Part shown: piece by piece, positions 57,954-64,000 of the stretch
Position numbering within the stretch: position 1 is the first letter of the stretch
How the letters are laid out: the number at the start of each line of letters is the position of its first letter
Source: a virus
Strand: one strand, 5' to 3'
IMG/VR virus record: IMGVR_UViG_3300018080_005419
DNA length: 64,000 bases
Translations under genes and position numbers: made by a program
Notes under the pieces: generated by a model
What the model saw: the letters and a program-made list of their open reading frames with translations, nothing else
Told to the model about the DNA's origin: nothing
Database searches by the model: none

Positions 57954-58039
57954 TGGTGCGGTAGAGAGGATTCGAACCTCTATAGGATTTCTCCCACATG
58001 GCCCTCAACCATGCGCGTATCCCTTTCCGCCACTGCCGC
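57954..58039 (-). tRNA. tRNA-Leu(GAG)
   Basis: CATGG-TTGAGGG-CCATG; long variable arm. Confidence 0.93.
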
Positions 58040-58049
58040 ACAATCAACA

Positions 58050-58382
58050 TTATACTACCATTACAAATAATCTGGCCATTTCCCAACCTCTATCTGTAGG
58101 CTCAAATCTGGCAATAGGCGAATAATAATTTTTATTCTCTGCAAAATGAGGATCTAAATGTCCCTGATCCAAAATATCTCTGATGGTTATATTTTCATAA
58201 ACAAGAATTTTTCTTCCTTCATAATTTATACATCTCGGATATCTCACAATCATAACAAGATAAGACCCAATGTGTTCGTATTTTTCAATTTCAAAATCTC
58301 GCGGATCAGGATTTGGCAATTCTTTTTGAGTTACGCTTGGAGCATCATATGTGCTCCTTGAGCCTATTAAACAAACTCCCAT
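58050..58382 (-). CDS. Hypothetical phage protein
   Basis: GGAG RBS, MGVCLIGSRS; extension into tRNAs removed. Confidence 0.7.
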   Translation of the reverse strand: MGVCLIGSRSTYDAPSVTQKELPNPDPRDFEIEKYEHIGSYLVMIVRYPRCINYEGRKILVYENITIRDILDQGHLDPHFAENKNYYSPIARFEPTDRGWEMARLFVMVV

Positions 58383-58400
58383 AATTCTCTCCTTAAAAAT

Positions 58401-58486
58401 TGGTGCTCTCGACAGGATTCGAACCTGTATAGGATTTCTCCCGCCAGTTCCTAAGACTGGTGCGTATTCCTTTCCGCCACGAGAGC
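58401..58486 (-). tRNA. tRNA-Leu(UAG)
   Basis: CCAGT-CTTAGGA-ACTGG; long variable arm. Confidence 0.95.
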
Positions 58487-58493
58487 ATTTTAG

Positions 58494-58570
58494 TGGTGGG
58501 CAGGGGCGGATTTGGACCGCCGACCTCCACATTTTCAGTGTGGCACTCTACCGGACTGAGTTACCTGCCC
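58494..58570 (-). tRNA. tRNA-Phe(GAA)
   Basis: CCACA-CTGAAAA-TGTGG; atypical T-loop TCCAAAT. Confidence 0.92.
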
Positions 58571-58576
58571 TTATTT

Positions 58577-58669
58577 TGGTCTGCAGGGAGGGAGTTGAAC
58601 CCCCAATGTTTACCCGAAGGGACCAGTTTTACAAACTGGCACGACACAACCGATAGTCGTCTCCTGCAG
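58577..58669 (-). tRNA. tRNA-Tyr(GUA), atypical (C1:G72, A8, 5-bp D stem)
   Basis: CCAGT-TTGTAAA-ACTGG; long variable arm; CTGCAGG/CCTGCAG acceptor. Confidence 0.85.
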
Positions 58670-58673
58670 AAAT

Positions 58674-58750
58674 TGGTGGACCGGACAAGACTTGAACTTG
58701 CAGCCTACTCCTAGCCAAGGAGTCGCTCTCCCAATTAGAGCTACCGGCCC
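58674..58750 (-). tRNA. tRNA-Ala(GGC)
   Basis: G3:U70; ACTCC-TTGGCTA-GGAGT (U37). Confidence 0.9.
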
Positions 58751-58767
58751 AAAATAAATACGCTAAA

Positions 58768-58780
58768 TTGTCAAAGAGCC
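58768..58780 (-). promoter_or_regulatory. boxA-like antitermination motif
   Basis: GGCTCTTTGACAA vs rrn boxA TGCTCTTTAACA. Confidence 0.55.
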
Positions 58781-58792
58781 ACATTTAAATCT

Positions 58793-58869
58793 TGGTGTAC
58801 CCGACAGGAATCGAACCTGCAACATCCTCCATGCAAAAGAGGTACTCTCCCAGATTGAGTTACGGGCAC
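58793..58869 (-). tRNA. tRNA-Ala(UGC)
   Basis: G3:U70; CCTCT-TTTGCAT-GGAGG. Confidence 0.93.
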
Positions 58870-58880
58870 ATTTTATATTT

Positions 58881-58969
58881 TGGTCGGTGGAGGAGGATTT
58901 GAACCTCCGATCTCCTTGCGGCCTCTTCCTTATCAGGGAAGCGCTCTGACCAGACTGAGCTACCCACCG
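58881..58969 (-). tRNA. tRNA-Ile(GAU) with an unusual 16-nt variable arm
   Basis: CTTCC-CTGATAA-GGAAG; variable region AGGCCGCAAGGAGATC. Confidence 0.9.
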
Positions 58970-58991
58970 ATTATCGCTCCTTAATTCCAAC

Positions 58992-59205
58992 AAAAAAAGC
59001 CAACCGTTTTTCGGCTGGCGTTCGAGGGTTTTCTGTTTTTGCGTTTCTTTAGTTTACAGAACCTCCTCGTTCGCCAGCTAGCCACAGGGCTGCTGCCATA
59101 ATATCGGCAAAGGGCAAATAAAGTCGGTTCTCTTTATGATTCACGGTTCTTTCTCCAAATAAAAGTATCAAAGCTATTTCTACCACTTATAGACAACAAA
59201 GTCAA
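58992..59205 (-). promoter_or_regulatory. Multi-codon transcription attenuator heading the tRNA array
   Basis: TTGACT(59205-59200)-17-TAGAAA; terminator GCCAGCCG-AAAAA-CGGTTGGC-T7; antiterminator GCTGGCG.AA.CGAGG/CCTCG.AA.CGCCAGC overlapping the terminator 5' arm. Confidence 0.85.
59049..59144 (-). CDS. Leader peptide MNHKENRLYLPFADIMAAALWLAGERGGSVN (GTG start)
   Basis: GGAG RBS 9 nt upstream; codons 8-23 match the downstream tRNA anticodons. Confidence 0.8.
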   Translation of the reverse strand: MNHKENRLYLPFADIMAAALWLAGERGGSVN

Positions 59206-59213
59206 GGAAAATT

Positions 59214-59402
59214 TTAAATATTTTCTCTTTTTTCTCTATAAAATATTTCACCGCAGTCATAACACCATACAATATCAATGTATTTCCAAAGCAAAAAACC
59301 CTTAAATTTAAACCCAACTCCATGATAACAAGGTTTATGCAACTTACATATACAATGGGCCCAACATTTAATATAAGCTAAAAATCTTCTAACCGATATC
59401 AT
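59214..59402 (-). CDS. Small Cys/His hypothetical protein
   Basis: 62-aa ORF with CYDC. Confidence 0.55.
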   Translation of the reverse strand: MISVRRFLAYIKCWAHCICKLHKPCYHGVGFKFKGFLLWKYIDIVWCYDCGEIFYREKRENI

Positions 59403-59884
59403 TCTTCTTTACCCAATTTATTTCTATCCTCTTCTAATACATATTTATCTATTTGCGTATTTCCCCAGACTTTTACTTGATCAATAATTGCAGTTTTATC
59501 GTCAGTATTCATTTTCTTAATTGTCTTAAAGTCTATCTCTCCAAAATCACCCCTCATAATCCAAGAGACATTTTTACCGTCTTCTGAAAAACCATAAATA
59601 ATTGGCTCAGTTGCTTTTATTGGCTTATTAGATGACCATACTGCCTCTTTAGCAATTACTACAAATTCTATAGTGCCCTGAGGAGTAAAACTTTGAATTG
59701 CTATACCCTTCATATTCGTCTCAATTGGCTTCGGGGGCGATTCTTTTTTCTTTTTTGTATCTGGTTCTTCTGCTTTTATTTTTTCGCAAATAAAATCATA
59801 ATTGGTAAATCCTATAATGACAGCAACAATAAAAATAAATCCTAGAGTAACCGATCTAAAGGTAAATAGTTCATACCATTTCAT
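59399..59884 (-). CDS. Single-TM periplasmic protein, LptC-like
   Basis: N-terminal TM, linker, then beta-rich pattern (IAKEA..P.I..F..G..W..RGDFG..V.VWGN.QI); by-eye resemblance only. Confidence 0.45.
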   Translation of the reverse strand: MKWYELFTFRSVTLGFIFIVAVIIGFTNYDFICEKIKAEEPDTKKKKESPPKPIETNMKGIAIQSFTPQGTIEFVVIAKEAVWSSNKPIKATEPIIYGFSEDGKNVSWIMRGDFGEIDFKTIKKMNTDDKTAIIDQVKVWGNTQIDKYVLEEDRNKLGKEE

Positions 59885-59922
59885 TGTTTTTTCCTTTTTG
59901 TTAATTTTGCTTGTTCAGCATA

Positions 59923-60729
59923 TCATTTCCCATTTAAAGCCAAAGATAACTGTAAATACTCAGCCGTTAATCTTGCAATAGGAGTATAAACTATTTCTGT
60001 GGGCGTTCCTTCATATTTTATTAACGGATCTCTTCTCCAAATCCAAGCAGTAGGTTTTGCAAAATTTAAAGGTACAACTTTTTTGCATTTTGTCCTTTTA
60101 ATGTTTTCGAGTTTATTCATTGCAGGATATTTATCTATTTTGCAATGCTTTTTTCCGATGTATGAAAAATATGCGTTATGCTCATACATCCATCTCATCG
60201 ACCAAGAAGGTTTAGATCCTTTAGCCAAATATGCAGTGAACATAGTATTAATATGTTGTCTCAGAGAAGAAATATATTTAACAGCAAATCCAAATGCCCA
60301 ACCTAATTTTGTTAAATATAAAGCTGATTCCCATTTCTTTTTTAAATAATCTGGAACTTTTAATTTAGAACCATTATCGATAGCAAATTTTAAACCGAGA
60401 GGGCCAGCGCTAGATTGAGGTTTTTCTATATACCACAATCCCTTAATATTGACGGACTCTTTCCATTCATCATCTACTTTAATGGGAGCAAATGTTCTGG
60501 CGTCTCTTCCTACATCGATAATTGTTTGTACATATCTTTCTGCAAGTTCGGCTAATTCTATATCTCCTATCTTATAACAGGAAGCAATAAGAGGGGTATT
60601 CCAGGCCATTCCATCTATATATTCGTTGTATTTATAAGGCTTTAGACAATAGAAATAGCCATTATCTCGATTATAAGCATCCAATACTTCTTGTCTGACT
60701 GTTTTTAACTGATCTGATATTTCTAACAC
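59923..60729 (-). CDS. Hypothetical protein
   Basis: 268-aa ORF with RBS. Confidence 0.7.
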   Translation of the reverse strand: MLEISDQLKTVRQEVLDAYNRDNGYFYCLKPYKYNEYIDGMAWNTPLIASCYKIGDIELAELAERYVQTIIDVGRDARTFAPIKVDDEWKESVNIKGLWYIEKPQSSAGPLGLKFAIDNGSKLKVPDYLKKKWESALYLTKLGWAFGFAVKYISSLRQHINTMFTAYLAKGSKPSWSMRWMYEHNAYFSYIGKKHCKIDKYPAMNKLENIKRTKCKKVVPLNFAKPTAWIWRRDPLIKYEGTPTEIVYTPIARLTAEYLQLSLALNGK

Positions 60730-60851
60730 TTACTCTCCTCTAAAAACAAACCTATCCTTTGCAGTTCTCTACTATCCATTGGTTTCTTTTCATCTTCAGT
60801 CCTTTAATACAAATTCTATTATATCTGTATGAATTGACAAAACGAAAAAAA

Positions 60852-61259
60852 TTAATGACTTTGTGGAATCAATTGTATTTGCTGCTCTCTCTGTATAGCT
60901 CTCGTTTTGATTCCTTTGTCAAGATTTTCGTCAAGACGTTTCTGGTGTTCTTTTCGGAGGGCATCAATTGGGAAGGGATTGATTACCTTTTCTTCTTTTT
61001 CTAATGCTTTAAGTTTGACTTTCGTTGCTTCTAATTCTGCTTTAAGGTCTGCAATTTCTTTATTATAATTTTCTCTCATGCTGCCAAAACTATCAACAAG
61101 AGTTTCTGTAGCTTTTCTCATTCCCTTCATTTCGTTTCTAACATCGGTTCCTAAATCCCACAGTAATTGGCAAAGCAGGACAACAGAACCAACAGCCAAA
61201 GAAACAACAAACGGCTTAACGAACCAATCCAATATTGATTTATCCTTCTTCTCTGTCAT
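60852..61259 (-). CDS. TM plus coiled-coil hypothetical protein
   Basis: Hydrophobic aa ~14-33, then heptads. Confidence 0.65.
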   Translation of the reverse strand: MTEKKDKSILDWFVKPFVVSLAVGSVVLLCQLLWDLGTDVRNEMKGMRKATETLVDSFGSMRENYNKEIADLKAELEATKVKLKALEKEEKVINPFPIDALRKEHQKRLDENLDKGIKTRAIQREQQIQLIPQSH

Positions 61260-61521
61260 TTTCTTCTTCCTCTATTTCTGGCATATTCTTTATTCTCTGT
61301 TCTGCTTGATCTAGTAATGCCAATCTGCTAGCTAAAACCAATCTAATTTTTTTCGCTCTTTCCATATTCTTATTAACCATATCGCAAACGCATGCAGGAA
61401 TTCCATCTTCCAATTGCACCTTTACATTTTTCTCTAAATCTTTTAATTCCTGAATATCCCCTTCTATAGCATCTTGGAGCTTTTTAATAGCATCTAAAAC
61501 TTTTTCTTTAGGAACAGACAT
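61240..61521 (-). CDS. Coiled-coil hypothetical protein
   Basis: 93-aa ORF. Confidence 0.6.
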   Translation of the reverse strand: MSVPKEKVLDAIKKLQDAIEGDIQELKDLEKNVKVQLEDGIPACVCDMVNKNMERAKKIRLVLASRLALLDQAEQRIKNMPEIEEEENDREEG

Positions 61522-61532
61522 TATAAACTTCT

Positions 61533-62288
61533 TTATTTTAATGCCGACTTATTAAAAACATAAATAGAAGGAGGCTCGTTTTTTCCTTCATCTAATTTTA
61601 CAGCTTTTAATTTTTTAGTTTTTGCTTCTGATATTGCTTCATCTATTGCATCTGGATCGCCTGCATAAGGAAGATCATCAGCAATATATACATCTTCTAA
61701 TTTTATACGCCTTACCTTCACTTCTTCAATCCTTCCAGTTTGTGTAAATTGAGCAGCCCATTCTTTATCTGTTGACCAATAGTTCCCATCTTTATTCCCT
61801 GTATATTCTCCTCTATATATTTCTATTTCTTTTGCTATTTTTACTCTCTTTTTGGTATAATCTGCTAAAAACTGAAGAGCTATATTGTCTGAAGCAAATT
61901 TTATTTCTTCTACTAGTTTTATTGATTTTGGATTATATATTACAACTCCTCCAAAACTACCCTCGTCTCTTAGCCCGTCAATCTTATTTTTACGCATAAT
62001 TTGATCAAAATCGTCTCTATGCATTAACCTCTCAAACTTATTATCTCTCCAAAGTGCAAAGTCTTCTGGTTTATCTAAATCTAAAATTCTAGCATTTGGA
62101 TCTAATTTAAATTTGAGAACGACACCTTCATCTTCGGCAAAATCAGCATAGTTGCTTTGAGCCAATTCAGGATTTGTTGCTGTATAGAATCCTTTGCCAA
62201 AATACCCCTTGGTGCTTTTATCTATATCTACGCCTTTTTGTACAATATCTTTGGCGCTTTGTATGTCTGTGCCGTGATATAAATACAT
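61533..62288 (-). CDS. ADP-ribosyltransferase-fold protein, apparently two tandem ART-like domains
   Basis: Domain 1 LYHGT..YFGKGFYTA..A..YA; domain 2 IYRG..YWSTDKEWA.QF..E..IYVF. Confidence 0.65.
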   Translation of the reverse strand: MYLYHGTDIQSAKDIVQKGVDIDKSTKGYFGKGFYTATNPELAQSNYADFAEDEGVVLKFKLDPNARILDLDKPEDFALWRDNKFERLMHRDDFDQIMRKNKIDGLRDEGSFGGVVIYNPKSIKLVEEIKFASDNIALQFLADYTKKRVKIAKEIEIYRGEYTGNKDGNYWSTDKEWAAQFTQTGRIEEVKVRRIKLEDVYIADDLPYAGDPDAIDEAISEAKTKKLKAVKLDEGKNEPPSIYVFNKSALK

Positions 62289-62359
62289 ATTATTCTAACT
62301 CCTTTTATATATAAGAAGTTTTATTCAAATTTAATGGAAAGTGTTTAAGAGATGGGGAA

Positions 62360-63490
62360 CTACAACGAAACTTTTGCCTTTTTTACTGCTAAAGGCAATC
62401 TTCTTATTAATTCTTCAACTTCTCTATAATCCGAATATTTAGATAGACTTATACGAATAGTGCTATGTGCATCTAATGTGCTTAATCCGATTTCACTTAA
62501 AACATGACTTGCTACTGTTTGTCCTTCATTGCAAGCAGAACCAGAAGAACAACAAATGCCGTATTTATTTAATTCATTTACAAGCATTTTTGATTCTGTT
62601 TCTGGGAATGTTATATTTAAAATTCCTGGAACTGTTTCTTCTATTTGGGAACCATTTCTTTTTGCTCCTAAATTCATACTCTCAATCTTTTCCCACAATA
62701 GCATTTCCAATCTTTTTACAGTAATAAAATTATCAGGATTAATTAGTCTAGCTGCTTCACCCAATCCTGCAATACCCGGAACATTATGAGTACCTGCTCT
62801 TAAAGAATTTTCTTGATGACCACCTGACATAAATGGGAATAAATCAAAACCATCCCTAACATATAATGCTCCAATACCTTTAGGTCCATGAAATTTATGC
62901 GCCGAAAGAGATAACATATCAACACCAGAATTTACTGCATCTACATATATTTTACCAACAGCTTGAACTGCATCTGTATGAAAGGCTATATTATATTTTT
63001 TACAAATTTGAACTATTTCATATATTGGTTGGATTGTCCCTATTTCATTATTAGCATACATAATAGAAACTAAAGATGGTTTATATGTTTCTATTTGTTT
63101 TTCTAAAAAATCAAGATTTACATTGCCGTATTTGTTTATTGGAACATATTCGTACTTTACACCAAATGTTTTCTTGAAATTTTGCAAAGTTTCTAAAATG
63201 GCATGATGTTCAATTGGAGATGTTATAACCACTTTTCTTTCTGATTGCGCTAACTGAGAATAAATAGCCCAATTGTTACTTTCTGTACCACCAGAGGTAA
63301 ATATTATATTTTCTGGTTTGCACATTAACAATTTAGCAACATGAGATCTGGCTTCTTCAACTAGATCTTTTGCTTGTTTGCCAATTTCATGAGACGAAGA
63401 AGGATTGCCGTATAACTCAAATGCTTCGTTGATTTTTTTGACAACTTCTTCAGATGGTTTGGTTGTAGCTGCATTATCGAAATATATCAT
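62360..63490 (-). CDS. iscS: Cysteine desulfurase (IscS/NifS class V PLP enzyme)
   Basis: IYFDNAATT, FTSGGTESNN, ANNEIG, HTDAVQA, SAHKFHGPKG, RAGTHNV, SSGSAC. Confidence 0.93.
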   Translation of the reverse strand: MIYFDNAATTKPSEEVVKKINEAFELYGNPSSSHEIGKQAKDLVEEARSHVAKLLMCKPENIIFTSGGTESNNWAIYSQLAQSERKVVITSPIEHHAILETLQNFKKTFGVKYEYVPINKYGNVNLDFLEKQIETYKPSLVSIMYANNEIGTIQPIYEIVQICKKYNIAFHTDAVQAVGKIYVDAVNSGVDMLSLSAHKFHGPKGIGALYVRDGFDLFPFMSGGHQENSLRAGTHNVPGIAGLGEAARLINPDNFITVKRLEMLLWEKIESMNLGAKRNGSQIEETVPGILNITFPETESKMLVNELNKYGICCSSGSACNEGQTVASHVLSEIGLSTLDAHSTIRISLSKYSDYREVEELIRRLPLAVKKAKVSL

Positions 63491-63750
63491 TTATCTTTAT
63501 CTTTTTTATTTTGTTCTTTTTCTGCTTGTTCTACTGCGCTTCTCAAGAAAATTGTAGTTTCACTAGATCCGGTTTTAAAACCACAATCAACTGTTAACCC
63601 ATCTTTACTTATGCCTTTATGATTCGAACAGTGCTTGCAAAAACTCATAGAAACACAGCCATGACCACAACTTGCACCAATTAAAGGGCAAATAACTTTA
63701 ATTTCTGCTTTATTGCAGCAGTCTCGACAAAAGGACGATGAACTATCCAT
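63487..63750 (-). CDS. Cys-rich hypothetical protein
   Basis: Multiple CxxC-like motifs; ATGA overlap with iscS. Confidence 0.6.
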   Translation of the reverse strand: MDSSSSFCRDCCNKAEIKVICPLIGASCGHGCVSMSFCKHCSNHKGISKDGLTVDCGFKTGSSETTIFLRSAVEQAEKEQNKKDKDK

Positions 63751-63783
63751 GACTTTCTCCGTAGCATAGTCAATTCAACATTT

Positions 63784-63975
63784 TTATATTTGTTCATCGT
63801 TGTTTTCTTCTTTTTTAAAATATATCATTCCGCAATCTTGGCAAAACTTCCAAGAAAACTTATGATCATCCATACAAAACTCATGGATGTCTAAAATAGA
63901 ACTATCTTCTTTTTGTGACTTGCTGCTTTCCTTTTCTTTAGGAAGCCTATCACAAACACAATTTTCGTTTTCCAC
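63784..63975 (-). CDS. Small hypothetical protein
   Basis: 63 aa, CVC..CQDC. Confidence 0.5.
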   Translation of the reverse strand: MENENCVCDRLPKEKESSKSQKEDSSILDIHEFCMDDHKFSWKFCQDCGMIYFKKEENNDEQI

Positions 63976-64000
63976 TTATTATATCTTAACCTCTGCTTTA

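Larger units (their letters stand above)
55005..58769. repeat. Perfect 18-bp inverted repeat enclosing the Ala(GGC)-to-Trp tRNA block
   Basis: AATTTAGCGTATTTATTT at 55005-55022; reverse complement at 58752-58769. Confidence 0.8.

Noticed and set aside
57466-58993. ORF-track entries 57466..57648, 58351..58656, 58460..58714, 58763..58993 and 5' extensions of 57020, 58050 and 53588 ORFs
   Set aside because: They overlap clear tRNA genes and are artefacts of GC-rich tRNA sequence
43-63000. Numerous 60-157 aa ORFs antisense to long genes (e.g. 43..225, 2559..2801, 8189..8506, 21336..21662, 48003..48476)
   Set aside because: Shadow frames of real genes, with no RBS or recognisable motifs
1-64000. 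Bacterial chromosome or plasmid origin
   Set aside because: Not excluded, since no capsid or terminase is in the window, but strand-uniform dense hypotheticals, a CCA-encoding tRNA array, intein-bearing RNR, KTSC and truncated RF fit a jumbo phage better

Overview
AT-rich fragment of what is very probably a jumbo/huge bacteriophage genome. Genes are dense and almost all on the minus strand, in the standard genetic code, with no rRNA or core housekeeping operon. Prepilin-type genes hint at a PVC-like or other T4P-bearing host (inference). Left to right: class II RNR with two mini-inteins; a hybrid histidine kinase and response regulator; nucleotide-metabolism genes; a radical SAM gene with an FVSNSS-motif partner; a ~22 kb glycan island; a truncated RF1-like factor; a tRNA-Thr(UGU) split by a group I intron; a 388-bp IS608-like relic; three ~58-nt covarying hairpins ahead of a TerD-like gene; and a tRNA array interleaved with accessory genes. 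The standout signal is two ribosome-mediated attenuators that the ORF track misses, behind near-identical promoters (TTGACTTTGTT...). One has a Thr-rich leader and lies upstream of the operon carrying tRNA-Thr and the release factor. The other has a 31-codon leader whose central 16 codons sample almost exactly the isoacceptors in the tRNA array below it, including four different Leu codons for four Leu tRNAs. I infer a phage tRNA-depletion sensor that switches on replacement tRNAs. All calls are by-eye motif recognition; no database searches or folding calculations were run.
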